Shown here piece after piece: positions 13,561 through 25,899 of a stretch of 64,000 bases of DNA. The stretch is from Squalus acanthias (Eukaryota). The stretch is taken from positions 372,001-436,000 of the forward strand of contig JASTWF010000362.1 of assembly GCA_030390025.1 (NCBI GenBank), read 5' to 3'. A program made the translations under genes and the position numbers. The notes under the pieces were generated by a model. It saw nothing but the letters and a program-made list of their open reading frames with translations, searched no databases and had not been told where the DNA came from. Position 1 is the first letter of the stretch. The number at the start of each line of letters is the position of its first letter.

Positions 13561-14251
13561 ATGTTTTTCTGCTAAGTTACAAAATATTGGCCCACTGTCG
13601 AGCAAAGGTGGAGCAAGGCAGGGGCTCCAAGTCTAATTTATGTCTGTAATGATCACAGCACAGAAATAAACCACATTCAGGCTCGGAGGATGTCCTGTGT
13701 CATCCCACATCGAAAGACTAAACAACGCAATTCCTCAGAGGAGCAAACCCTTGAGTGTTTCCTCAACTGGGCTTCACGCCCAGTGAGTATTTACACATCC
13801 AGGATTTAATAGGGGAGGGGAAAAAAAACACCAAATAAAATGCAGTGTCTTTGTCCTAACCAGACAGGTCTATAAATTGTAAGACGGTCACGCTCAGTTC
13901 AGGGGCTGAGCACGCCAATTCCAAGCTGAACTTGCACGGGAGCCCATCGGTCACAGTGTTGGTGACCTCATTCCCAACAGAGCCTCGGCATTGTGAAGTG
14001 GAGTTGCTCAGCCCTCCAACGCAGAGAATATTCGCCGCTGATCAATCAAACAGTTCATATGGAGCTGGTCAGGTACAGAGAGTAGTCATCTCCCAGTGGC
14101 TAATGACAGGGACACCGAGCAGGAGGGAGAATGTGAAGTGAGGGGTCCAAGGTATGGTGGCAAAGAAGGGTCATTCAATTTCTCCAGCGCCTTTCACAAC
14201 CTCAGGATGTCCCAAAGCGCTTTACAGCCAATGAAGATCTTAGGGCCCTTC

Positions 14252-14506
14252 GTGTGTCAGCCAGTGCTCAGTGGGCAGCACTCTCGCCTCCGAGTCAGGA
14301 GGTTGTTGATTCAAGTCCCACTCCAGAGACTTGAGCACTAAAATCTAAGCTGACACTCCCAGTGCAGTACTAAGGGAGTGCTGCACTGTCGGAGGTGCCG
14401 TCTTTTGATGAGACATTAAACCGAGGTCCCATCTGCCCTCTCGGGTGGACGTAAAAGATCCCGTGGCACTATTTCTAAGAAGAGCAGGGGAGTTATTCCC
14501 GGTGTC
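14252..14506 (+). mobile_element. Deu-SINE 5' part
   Basis: Head plus single unit plus Deu core. Confidence 0.85.
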
Positions 14507-15959
14507 CGAGAGAATTCCTTACAAAGTTGGCAGAGTACAGCTAGACTGCAAATGCCGACTCAACCCGAGACAAAACAAGGCAAGTCGCTATATGAACGCA
14601 AGTCCTGTCTTTTTCACTAGTAGTTTTGAATACTAGTTCATGAGGTGTCTCAAAAATGGGGTTTGGAAATTTGGAAAAGTCTGAAATGGGAAGAGCTTCC
14701 AAACCCAGTGACGGACCCCTCATCCAGATGGAAGTACTGCACCCAAATCTCCCCAACCAATCAGTGCCATGTGCCAGTGTCCTGTCGGCATTGCCCTGGG
14801 AGGTGGGAATAAAAACTGACAACCGCTAGGGGGAGACCGATTAGCTGCCAGTACCTGGGCTTTAAACCACGTGGCCGCGGTAACCCCGCCCCTTAATTTA
14901 CATACTCGAAGGTTAATTGGTTCAGGGACAATGAGACCCAGATTTTAATTTGCATACTCCACTCCGATAGGTCAGATTAGATTTTAAACCCCGCCCTTCC
15001 CCTCCTCGTGCGAAGAGTCCGGGTGTTCCGCGCGGGTCCTAGCGCCTGCCTGATTCACAATCTTTTCGTTTATAGGTTGATTAACTTCTGTAGTTTGAGT
15101 TTGGGGAAATGACACAAATTGGACTCTCAATCTATGAACTTTAAATAGGGCAATAACAACTCATCCAACTAAATAAGAATTTCCGAAGTGTTTTTCGGTT
15201 ATTATTGTCCTTTATTCCATTTCATCTTAACTTTGCAAAGAAATAACTTAATTTAACGAGAACGGGACCCCGTTTCAAGCCTCACTTGGAAACAATTCCA
15301 GTGACTTGAGAAACGAAAATAACATCTGTGGTCCGGTCCCGCAGTCTCCCGCTGACCAAACTCCTGCTTTACATTTAACACTAACCAACCCAGCAGAAAA
15401 CTAAATCCACAAACTACTTTTCAAAGAGTTTATGACCTTATCACAGAAAACACACACAGGTGCAGCTGTTCCACATGTTGCACCCGCTCAAAGCGTGTGA
15501 AAGGAAATTTCATCCACAAACCCATCAGCTTCGCCTGATTTACCCGAATATACATAAAGTGTTGAGGCGAACAGTATCGATGCATTTTAAGGGGAGGCTG
15601 GACAAGCACATGAGAGGGAGAAAGAAGGGAAGAGAGGGTTACACTAATAGAGTTAGATCAGGAAAGACGGGAGGAGGCTCGAGTGGAGCAGAAACGCCAA
15701 CATGGACTAGTTGGACCGAATGGCCTGTTGCTGTGCTGTATAATCTGTGTAATTCTATGTAAGTGAACCCATTCCTCCTGCTTTTGATAGTCAATAAAAT
15801 GCAGGAACAGGTTTAAAATTCACCCACTGATTGCAGCAAGTCGCTCCATGATTGTAACAAGTTTAACAAATGACCCAGTGATTGTAGCAAGTCTATTATT
15901 TAAATCAGTGATGGGCTTAGTCCCTGTGCTAGCATAGACTGAGTCTCAGTGAATGGGGC

Positions 15960-18050
15960 TGAGTCTCGGGGCTGGAATGGGTGACCCGGGGTCTCGGGGC
16001 TGGAGTGGGTGACCCGGGGTCTCGGGGCTGGAGTGGGTGACCCGGGGTCTCGGGGCTGGAGTGGGTGACCCGGGGTCTCGGGGCTGGAGTGGGTGACCCG
16101 GGGTCTCGGGGCTGGAGTGGGTGACCCGGGGTGTGGGTGCTGGAGTGGGTGACCCGGAGTGTGGGTGCTGGAGTGGGTGACCCGGAGTGTGGGTGCTGGA
16201 GTGGGTGACCCGGAGTGTGGGTGACCCGGAGTGTGGGTGACCCGGAGTGTGGGTGACCCGGAGTGTGGGTGACCCGGAGTGTGGGTGCTGGAGTGGGTGA
16301 CCCGGAGTGTGGGTGCTGGAGTGGGTGACCCGGAGTGTGGGTGCTGGAGTGGGTGACCCGGAGTGTGGGTGCTGGAGTGGGTGACCCGGAGTGTGGGTGC
16401 TGGAGTGGGTGACCCGGAGTGTGGGTGCTGGAGTGGGTGACCCGGAGTGTGGGTGCTGGAGTGGGTGACCCGGAGTGTGGGTGCTGGAGTGGGTGACCCG
16501 GAGTGTGGGTGCTGGAGTGGGTGACCCGGAGTGTGGGTGCTGGAGTGGGTGACCCGGAGTGTGGGTGCTGGAGTGGGTGACCCGGAGTGTGGGTGCTGGA
16601 GTGGGTGACCCGGAGTGTGGGTGCTGGAGTGGGTGACCCGGAGTGTGGGTGCTGGAGTGGGTGACCCGGAGTGTGGGTGCTGGAGTGGGTGACCCGGAGT
16701 GTGGGTGCTGGAGTGGGTGACCCGGAGTGTGGGTGCTGGAGTGGGTGACCCGGAGTGTGGGTGCTGGAGTGGGTGACCCGGAGTGTGGGTGCTGGAGTGG
16801 GTGACCCGGAGTGTGGGTGCTGGAGTGGGTGACCCGGAGTGTGGGTGCTGGAGTGGGTGACCCGGAGTGTGGGTGCTGGAGTGGGTGACCCGGAGTGTGG
16901 GTGCTGGAGTGGGTGACCCGGAGTGTGGGTGCTGGAGTGGGTGACCCGGAGTGTGGGTGCTGGAGTGGGTGACCCGGAGTGTGGGTGCTGGAGTGGGTGA
17001 CCCGGAGTGTGGGTGCTGGAGTGGGTGACCCGGAGTGTGGGTGCTGGAGTGGGTGACCCGGAGTGTGGGTGCTGGAGTGGGTGACCCGGAGTGTGGGTGC
17101 TGGAGTGGGTGACCCGAAGTCCCGGGGCTGGAGTGGGTGACCCGGGGTCCCGGGGCTGGTGTGGGTGACCCGGGGCTGGAGTGGGTGACCTGGAGTGTGG
17201 GTGACCCGGAGTGTGGGTGCTGGAGTGGGTGACCCGGAGTGTGGGTGCTGGAGTGGGTGACCCGGAGTGTGGGTGCTGGAGTGGGTGACCCGGAGTGTGG
17301 GTGCTGGAGTGGGTGACCCGGAGTGTGGGTGCTGGAGTGGGTGACCCGGAGTGTGGGTGCTGGAGTGGGTGACCCGGAGTGTGGGTGCTGGAGTGGGTGA
17401 CCCGGAGTGTGGGTGCTGGAGTGGGTGACCCGGAGTGTGGGTGCTGGAGTGGGTGACCCGGAGTGTGGGTGCTGGAGTGGGTGACCCGGAGTGTGGGTGC
17501 TGGAGTGGGTGACCCGGAGTGTGGGTGCTGGAGTGGGTGACCCGGAGTGTGGGTGCTGGAGTGGGTGACCCGGAGTGTGGGTGCTGGAGTGGGTGACCCG
17601 GAGTGTGGGTGCTGGAGTGGGTGACCCGGAGTGTGGGTGCTGGAGTGGGTGACCCGGAGTGTGGGTGCTGGAGTGGGTGACCCGGAGTGTGGGTGCTGGA
17701 GTGGGTGACCCGGAGTGTGGGTGCTGGAGTGGGTGACCCGGAGTGTGGGTGCTGGAGTGGGTGACCCGGGGTCTCGGGGCTGGAGTGGGTGACCCGGGGT
17801 CTCGGGGCTGGAGTGGGTGACCCGGGGCTGGAGTAGGCGACCCGGGGCTGGAGTGGGTGACCCGGGGTCCCGGGGCTGGAGTGGGTGACCCGGGGCTGGA
17901 GTGGGTGACCCGGGGCTGGAGTGGGTGACACGGGGTCTCGGGGCTGGAGTGGGTGACCCGGAGTGTGGGTGCTGGAGTGGGGGTCCCGGGGCTGGAGTGG
18001 GTGACCCGAAGTGTGGGTGCTGGAGTGGGTGACCCGGAGTCTCGGGGCTG
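15960..18050. repeat. 28-bp G-rich minisatellite at the 5' end of LAMC3 intron 1
   Basis: (GGAGTGTGGGTGCTGGAGTGGGTGACCC)n with a GGGGTCTCGGGGCTGGAGTGGGTGACCC variant at both ends; ~2.1 kb. Confidence 0.97.
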
Positions 18051-18058
18051 TCACTCAC

Positions 18059-18428
18059 CCAGGTGCAGGGTCAGGTTGACGGAGTTGGGGAACTGCACCC
18101 CGTGCACCATGGACGGGCTCTGCCACCAGGTTGGCTCCTCCTCGCTGTGGAAGTCGTTCAGGTCGCTGGCCCCGTGGCTCCGCCGGGCATCGCACACATG
18201 GCAGGACTGGGTGACTCCGGTCACGCCGGTCTGCAGACAGTATTCCTCGGGGACGGGCGAGCCGCACACGGCGCTGGCCAGCACCGTCCGGTTGAAGGCA
18301 GCGTTGCAAAATTCCGGCAGGCACCGCTGCGCCGCTCCCGAGTCCCGCCCGTAACACGAGTCCATCCCGGCCAGGGCGCAACAGAGGTGCAGAGAGAGCG
18401 CAACCACAAACAGCAGCAGCTGCGCCAT
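18059..18428 (-). CDS. LAMC3: Laminin gamma chain (most likely gamma-3), first coding exon: signal peptide plus start of the LN domain
   Basis: Translates as MAQLLLFVVALSLHLCCALAGMDSCY...QRCLPEFCNAAFN...CGSP.PEEYC...TWWQSPSMVHGVQFPNSVNLTLHLG, a typical laminin-gamma N-terminus. ATG is at 18428 and a phase-1 donor G|GTGAGT at 18058. The DFHS...TWWQSPSM segment and the head-to-head position with FIBCD1 favour LAMC3 over LAMC1. No exon 2 was recognised in 1-18058. Confidence 0.88.
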
Positions 18429-18954
18429 AACTGCGCCGCAAGTCCTCTCCGCCGGCGGATCTTCTGGTCCGACTTCTCTCTCTCTCTCGCAGAAAAACAC
18501 CGGTGAACCTCAATCCCAAACCAGCTTCATCCCATGACTACAGCAAAGTGAGTTTTTTTTAAGTTACGCCTGCAACAGATTCCTGGTCCCCTGCCCTCTG
18601 GTGGGGGGAATCCCCAGTGCAGGTTGCAAGAATGAGCTTTCATTTCTCTAGCGCCTGTCACCACCTCAGGACCGTCCCCACCCCACCCACCACAGCGCTT
18701 CACAACCAATGAAGTACTTTTCTTTTTTTTTGGAAGTGCGGGTCACTGTTGTTATGCGGGCAACGCGGCGGCCTCGATTTGCGCACAGCAAGCTCCCACA
18801 AACAGCAGCGCCATGGTGAGCAGGTTGTGGGCCCTGGAATTTCGCGCTGGGTCATGACGGTGAACTGTCGGCGCTCGCCGCCATCGCCCCTTTGAAAACT
18901 GGCCGCAAACTTCCCGGTGTAGCGCGGTGGCCCGTCCTAACGCGGAAATCCTGA

Positions 18955-19360
18955 AGTCGCACTCCAGAGACTTGAGCACAAAAATCTAGGCTGACACTTC
19001 AGTGCAGTGCTGAGGGAGTGCGGCACTGTCGGAGGTGCCGTCTTTCAGATAAGACATTAAACTGAGGCCCCGTCTGCTCTCTCAAGTAGACGTAAAAGAT
19101 CCCACAGCACTATTTCGAAGAAGAGCAGGGGAGTTCTGGTGTCCTGGCCAATATTTATCCCTCAATCAACATGACAAAAACAGATTATCTGGTCATTATC
19201 ACATTGCTGTTTGTGGGAACTTGCTGTCTGCAAATTGGCTGCCGCGTTTCCCACATTACAACAGTGACTACACTTCAAAAAGTACTCCATTGGCTGTAAA
19301 GGCGGCTTTGGGACGTCCGGTGGTCGTGAAAGGCGCTATAGAAATGCAAGTCTTTCTTTT
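18955..19360 (+). mobile_element. Deu-SINE (head truncated)
   Basis: Consensus body and tail. Confidence 0.88.
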
Positions 19361-19984
19361 CCATTACCTGCAGGAATGAGATTGAACAGTTTAATTTGTT
19401 CCCTTTCTGGGCCGGAGAGGTCGAGCGGCATTGCATGAACAATTGTCACATTGTTAAAAGGGTACTTACGCTCTTAATTACCAGCCCTAACATGCTGCGG
19501 CGAGTTTAATGGGCAATTAATGTGCAAATCCAGCAAGTTCTTAAAAATAACGGGGAGGCTGAGAGCGAGATGCCGTTTGTGCGAAGGCGGAGCAGCGTGA
19601 ACCGACCAGCGAGTTCTGGAGATTCACGACTCACGGCTTTTCTCTCATAATCCCCTGAAGGTGCTGGCTGAGTCACCCATTAATAACGGCGTGTGTCGTT
19701 AACACGCTGCGATGTTTCCAGCAAGGCTTGGGCCAATATGTTCATCTGTATTAATATTAACAGTTTTTTTTTAATTATTAACAACCATGCTCACAATCCC
19801 AGACTGCTCACAAGCTAACACCACGCGAATGAGATCCGCTAGATTTGCCTATCTGTGCTGTGCGTGACTGTGAATGATTGATACTGATACCGGGTTCTTG
19901 AAACGGCAAAGTGCTCTCATACCCCCGCACTAACATCCCTCACCTTTAATGAGCACAAAAAATATTAACAAGAGTTCGAAGCTC

Positions 19985-20395
19985 AACATAGAATCGTAGA
20001 ATGATACAGCACAGAAGGAGGCCATTCGACCCATCGTGCCTGTGAAAGAGCGATCCAGTTAATCCCGCTCCCCCTGCTCTTTCCCCATAGCCCTGCAAAT
20101 TTCTTCCCATCAAGTATTTACCTGACTCCCTGTTGAAAGTTACTGTTGAAACTGGTTCCACCGCCCTTTCAGGCAGCGCATTCCAGACTCGCTGTGTAAA
20201 GAAATGTTTCCTCATGCTGGCACGGGCTCGACGGGCCGAATGGCCTCCCTCTGTGCTGTAACCATTCTATGATTCAATGATTCGAAGATTCTAATGTCGC
20301 CTCTGCTCCTTTTGCCAGTCACCTTAAATCTGTGTCCTCTGGTTATCGACCCTTCTGCCAATGGAAACAGTTTCTCTTTATTTACTCTATATGAA
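19985..20395 (-). mobile_element. CR1 3' fragments
   Basis: RKHFFTQRVWNALP and EKLFPLAEGSITRGHRFK motifs. Confidence 0.8.
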
Positions 20396-20944
20396 CCATC
20401 TTTTTGCAGTTTGTAAAATAATGTGGATCTATTTTTACAAATGTGTTTATTTATTAAAGATACTTCTACAGGATGTCTCTGATTATTGCCAAATCCTGTT
20501 TCCTTCCACAAGGCAGCTGATCATTTCAGTACAGGGGGCAAAATAAATACAGCACAGATCAACATGTCTCGTCACAAGTGTCAGATGTCACATCCTCAGG
20601 CTGAATTGTTGAGGGACCTTTCTGTAGATTGGCGGCTGCTTGTAAATCCCTGGCTCCTGTCCTCTGAGAGAGGCCAAGCTATCAAGGCCAGAACAACAAA
20701 GCAGGAAATGACTGGCTTTGCTGGTCTTTTTTTTCAATACTTTATTTAAGATCTTCAGTTGTGATTTGTTAGTGTTTTCATCTGCGACACTTTGGTGTGA
20801 CAAGTAAAGTGTGACAAGCGCGTTCTAAGCGCACGACTCTTACAGACGATGCTGGACGACTTACTTAGCCAGCAGGTTTCTGAGGATTGACCAATGATCT
20901 GATAATCGGAATGTGGGGGCATTAAACTGAGGAAGCAAGATTGA

Positions 20945-22020
20945 AAGAAAGACTTGCATTTCTATAGCGCCTTTCACAACCTCAGGGCGTCCCAAAGCGC
21001 TTCACAGCCAATGAAGTACTTTTTGAGGTGTAGTCACTGTTGTAATGTAGGAAACCGAGGGTATACCTATCAGGAAAGGCTGAACAGGCTGGGTCTCTTT
21101 TCGTTTGAAAAGAGAAGGCTGAGGGGTGACCGAATAGAGGTCTTTAAAATTATGAAAGGTTTTGATAGAGTGGATACAGAGAGAATGTTTCCACTTGTGG
21201 GGAAGAGCAAAACTAGAGGCCATCAATATAAGATAGTCACCAAGAAATCCAATAGGGAATTCAGAAGAAACTTCTTTACCCAGAGAGTGGTGAGAATGTG
21301 GAACTCGCTACCACAGGAGTGGTTGAAGCGAATAGTATCGATGCATTTAAGGGGAGGCTAGATAAACATATGAGGGAGAAGGGAATAGAGGGTTATGCTG
21401 ATAGATTTAGATGAGGAAAGACGGGAGGAGGCTCGAGTGGAGCATAAACGCCGGCATGGACTGGTTGGGCCGAATGGCCTGTTCCTGTGCTGTATATCCT
21501 GTGTAATCCTGTGTAATCCTATGAAATGCGGCAGCCAATTTGCGCACAGCAAGCTCCCACAAACAGCAATGAGATAATGACCAGATAATCTGTTTTTTGG
21601 TGATGTTGGTTGAGGGATAAATATTGGCCCCAGGACACCGGGGAGAACTCCCCTGCTCCAGAGACTTGAGAACAGAATCCAGGCGGACACTCCCTGTGCA
21701 GTACCGAGGGAGTGCTGCAGTGTCGAAGGTGCCGTCTTTCGAATGAGACGTTTAACCAAGGCCCCGTCTGCCCACTGAGGTGGTTGTAAAAAATCCCGTG
21801 GCACTGTTTGAAGAAGAGCAGGGGTGTCCTGGTCAATATTTATCCCTCAACCAACATCACTAAAACAGATGATCTGGTCATTATCACGTTGCTGTTTGTG
21901 GGAGCTTGCTGTGCGCAAATTGGCTGCTGCATTTCCTACACTAAAACAGTGATGACACTTCAAAAGCTTTGGGACGTCCTGTGGTCGTAAAAGGTGCTAT
22001 ACAAATGCAAGTCTTTCTTT
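20945..22020. mobile_element. Deu-SINE (-) split by a CR1 3' end (+, ~21056-21520), joined to an oppositely oriented Deu-SINE (+, ~21655-22020)
   Basis: The SINE breaks at GTAGGAAA and resumes at GAAATGCGGCAGCC; CR1 motifs lie between. Confidence 0.85.
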
Positions 22021-22886
22021 CTTTTTCTCTCTCTGTCTCTCTTTTTCTCTTTCTCTTTTATCCTCTCTCTCTTTCTCTCTCTCTTTCTCTGTTTCTTTCC
22101 CCGTCAGTTGCAGGAAGCTCGAGAAAAGCCAACAGAGGGAGCCCTGGGCAGCCTTGCCCGGAGCTTCCCTCCAATACTTAATCCAATCTTCCTTTGGTTT
22201 TCCCTGGTGCCCGCTCTGCGGGGCCGGCAGTGTGTTGCACAGATCAGTCCAGGCAAATGCACTTTGCTTCTGTTCAGATTGAAGGATGAGTCAATGTTCC
22301 TCAAAGCACTGAATGTGCTTCACAGATTCTCCATTCAAGACAAAAGCCCTTCAGAATTATCCTCTCTCTCCGTTTGGCTGCTGAATATTTAGCATCGCTG
22401 GATGGATATTAATTTTCCTCACATCCAAAATCAAAAGACTGTCAGACAAAACTCGCAGCACACATCTCCAGAGCCTGTTTTATTCTTCCCTTCAATCACT
22501 TTTCTCCTTTAATGTGTTTTCAGAGAGTTATTGAGTCTGCCACTGTGCTCCGCTCTCCCGTATTACCAGATCAGCGTCAAAAGTTGTTTTTGTTTAACTG
22601 ATTCAATACCATCGCTGCTGTTCCTTCTCTGTCCTCCCACTCACCCCGTCCACCCCACCCCACCCCGTCCACCCCGCCCCACCCCGTCCACCCCGCCCCA
22701 CCCCACCGCCCCCCGTGCCCAAGGGGATTGAGCTCAAGATCCTCCTTGTCACTTTAAATCGCTGCTCTCCCTCGCCCCCACCTCGCCCCCACCTCACACC
22801 CCCCACCCCCCAGCCCAGCCTGCTCCCGCCACACGGCCCAATTTCCACCCTCTGCTCGCCCAACTCCACCTCTTGACTCCACCACG

Positions 22887-23866
22887 GTGTCGGCCGTGGC
22901 TCAGTGGGCAGCACCCTCGTCTGAGTCAGGAGGTTGTGGGTTCGAGTCCCACTCCAGAGACTCGAGCACAAATATCTAGGCTGACATTCCCAGTGCAGTA
23001 CTGAGGGAGCGCCGCACTGTCGGAGGGGCAGTACTGAGGGAGTGCTGCACTGTCGGAGGGGCAGTACTGAGGGAGTGCTGCACTGTCGGAGGGGCAGTAC
23101 TGAGGGAGTGCTGCACTGTCGGAGGGGCAGTACTGAGGGAGCGCCGCACTGTCGGAGGGGCAGTACTGAGGGAGCGCCGCACTGTCGGAGGGGCAGTACT
23201 GAGGGAGCGCCGCACTGTCGGAGGGGCAGTACTGAGGGAGCGCCGCACTGTCGGAGGGGCAGTACTGAGGGAGCACCGCACTGTCGGAGGGGCAGTACTG
23301 AGGGAGCGCCACACTGTCGGAGGGGCAGTACTGAGGGAGCGCCACACTGTCGGAGGGGCAGTACTGAGGGAGCGCCACACTGTCGGAGGGGCAGTACTGA
23401 GGGAGCGCCGCACTGTCGAAGGGGCAGTACTGAGGGGAGTGCTGCACTGTCAGAGGGGCAGTACTGAGGGAGCGCCGCACTGTCGGAGGGGTGGTACTGA
23501 GGGAGCGCCGCACTGTCAAAGGGGCAGTACTGAGGGGAGTGCTGCACTGTCAGAGGGGCAGTACTGAGGGAGCATCGCACTGTCGGAGGGGTGGTACTGA
23601 GGGAGCGCCGCACTGTCGAAGGGGCAGTACTGAGGGGAGTGCTGCACTGTCGGAGGGGCAGTACTGAGGGAGTGCTGCACTGTCGGAGGGGCCGTCTTTC
23701 AGATGAGACGTTAAACCGAGGCCCCATCTGCTCTCTCAGGTGGACGTAAAAGATCCCATGGCCACTATTTTGAAAAAGAGCAGGGGAGTTATTCCCCGGT
23801 GTCCTGGCCAATATTTATTCCTCAATCAACATCACTAAATCAGATTATCTGGACATTATCACATTG
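22887..23866 (+). mobile_element. Deu-SINE with ~21 copies of the 33-bp unit
   Basis: Head at 22887-22990, array at ~22995-23690, then Deu core, cut off by a CR1. Confidence 0.92.
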
Positions 23867-25640
23867 GGGATCTCGACAGGCTCAGTGAGTGGGCGAGAAC
23901 ATGGCAGATGGAATATAATGTGGATAAATGTGAAGTTATCCACTTTGGTAGAAAAAACAGAAAGGCAGAGTATTTCCTAAATGGTCAAAGATTGGGGAAT
24001 GCAGATGCTCAAAGGGACCTGGGTGTCCTTGTACATGAGTCACTGAAAGTGAATGTGCAGGTGCAGCAAGCCATTAGGAAGGCAAATGGTATGCTGGCCT
24101 TCATTACAAGAGGATTTGAGTACAGGAGTAAAGAAGTCTTACTCCAATTATATAGGGCCTTGGTGAGACCACACCTGGAGTACTGTGCACAATTTTGGTC
24201 TCCTTACCTAAGGAGGGATATACTTGCCATAGAGGGAGTGCAACAAAGGTTCACGAGATTGATTCCTGGGATGGCAGGACTGTCGTATGAGAAGAGATTG
24301 AGTAAACTAGGCCTGTATTCTCTTGAATTCAGAAGAATGAGAGGGGATCTCATTGAAGCATACAAAATTATGACAGGGCTTGAAAGGGTGGATGCTGGGA
24401 GAATGTTTCTCTTGGCTGGGGAGTCTAGAACCAGGGGCCACAGCCTCAGGATAAAGGGTAGACCATTCAGGACTGAGATGAGAAGAAATTTCTTCAGACA
24501 GCGGGTGGTGAATCTTTGGAATTCTCTACCCCAGAGGGCTGTAAGATCTTAATGATCTCTGAGTTCTTAGACAAGACACCAATAGGCAGCAGCCGGTATG
24601 TTTGAGCAATAGATCAAGATTTATTAAGCATGCAGCGTAATATACTTAATATTAGGCGATAGTTTTAACAAGTAGCTCACAGCCCTTGGTCTCTGGAGCC
24701 TCTCGGACACAGATGACGTCGTCTTAAGTCTGTTCCTTTGTTCTCGCAGTAAGTCTGTGTAAAGTTGTTCTTTGAGTATCGCGGTTTTAACCCTTTTCTT
24801 ATCAACAGTTCGTTTGGCCAGTGTCCATATATGGTCTTTAACAAAATCACCTTTTCTAATTGGTTCTAATGGTCAAAATACCGTTGTCACTCAGACTAAG
24901 GTAGCATCCCGCCTTTCCAGTATTTTTCCACCAACTTTGCCATGTTCAGTGTTATCTTGTTTATAGTTTTTCACCCCATTTGAATTTACTTTATCTCTTT
25001 CATTTCCTGCCTCCCTGGTACAAGGCCTTTATACCAAGGGCCCATATCAGCGCTATTTCACTAGTCTTGAGGTATCCAGACTATCTCACTTTAATCGACC
25101 AGATAAATACCTTATCTCCATGATCTCTCTCATTTTATCTCCTTATACTAATTATTTTTAAAATATCATTGCATTTAGTTTTGGTAAGCGAATTCTAATT
25201 TCTACTTAGCATCATAATATGTTATTTAGCAATTTAACCTTCACTCGCAGCCTGTGGCTGTTTGTTATCAAAACTTAGTCAAAACTGCTTTTGACCGTCC
25301 TTCACAGCTGCATTTTGAACAAGTCTTAGCTTTTTAGTTACCCAGGAGTAATTATGGGTAATATTATTTGGTCAATGGCTACACTTGAAGTTATACATAT
25401 ATGATTCTCGTCTACTAAATATCTCTAAATATCAGCCTTTCGTACAGGGCTGTGGAGGCTCAGTCATTGCGTGTATTCAAAGCAGAAGTCGATAGATTTC
25501 TGACGAGTAAGGGCCTCAAGGGATATGGCGATAGGGCCGGTGAATGGAGTTGAGGCAGAAGATCAGCCATGATCTCATTGAACGGCGGAGCAGGCGCGAA
25601 GGGCCAAATGGCCGACTCCTGCTCCTATTTCTTATGTTCT
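23867..25640 (+). mobile_element. CR1 LINE 3' portion, interrupted by a solo LTR
   Basis: 214-aa ORF (MEYNVDKCEVIHFG...LVRPHLEYCAQFWSP...NLWNSLPQRAV); the tail resumes at 25447. Confidence 0.93.
24540..25446 (-). mobile_element. Solo LTR (~907 bp) inserted in a CR1 LINE
   Basis: Begins TGTA and ends TACA, with a GGGC duplication at 24536-24539 and 25447-25450. The CR1 sequence ...CCAGAGGGC|TGTGGAGG... resumes exactly after it. AT-rich, with minus-strand CCAAT (~24860) and AATAAA (~24620). Confidence 0.85.
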
Positions 25641-25899
25641 TGTGCTGTTTGTGGGAGCTTGCTGTGCGCAAATTGGCTGCCGCGTTTCCTACATTACAAC
25701 AGTGACTACACTTCAAAAAGTACTTCATTGGCTGTAAAGCGCTTTGGGACGTCCGGTGGTTGTGAAAGGCGCTATAGAAATGCAAGTCTTTCTGTTTTTT
25801 CTTTCTGCAGCTCTAGAATTCCCTCCCCAAACCTCTCTGCCTTCCTCTCCTCCTTTAGGAGGCTCCTTAGAACCGACCTCTTTGACCAATATAGACTAA

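Noticed and set aside
11773..13575. ORFs of 280-720 aa made of 11-aa repeats (also at 22.6-23.8, 27.3-27.9, 51.5-52.5 and 61.7-63.9 kb)
   Set aside because: They are translations of the 33-bp SINE VNTR, open in several frames on both strands, with no splice or codon evidence.
15929..18058. ~700-aa His/Pro/Thr-rich ORFs
   Set aside because: Read-through of the 28-bp minisatellite in LAMC3 intron 1.
18429..18500. N-terminal extension of the laminin ORF given in the track
   Set aside because: It uses a non-ATG start; the ATG at 18428 directly precedes a signal peptide.
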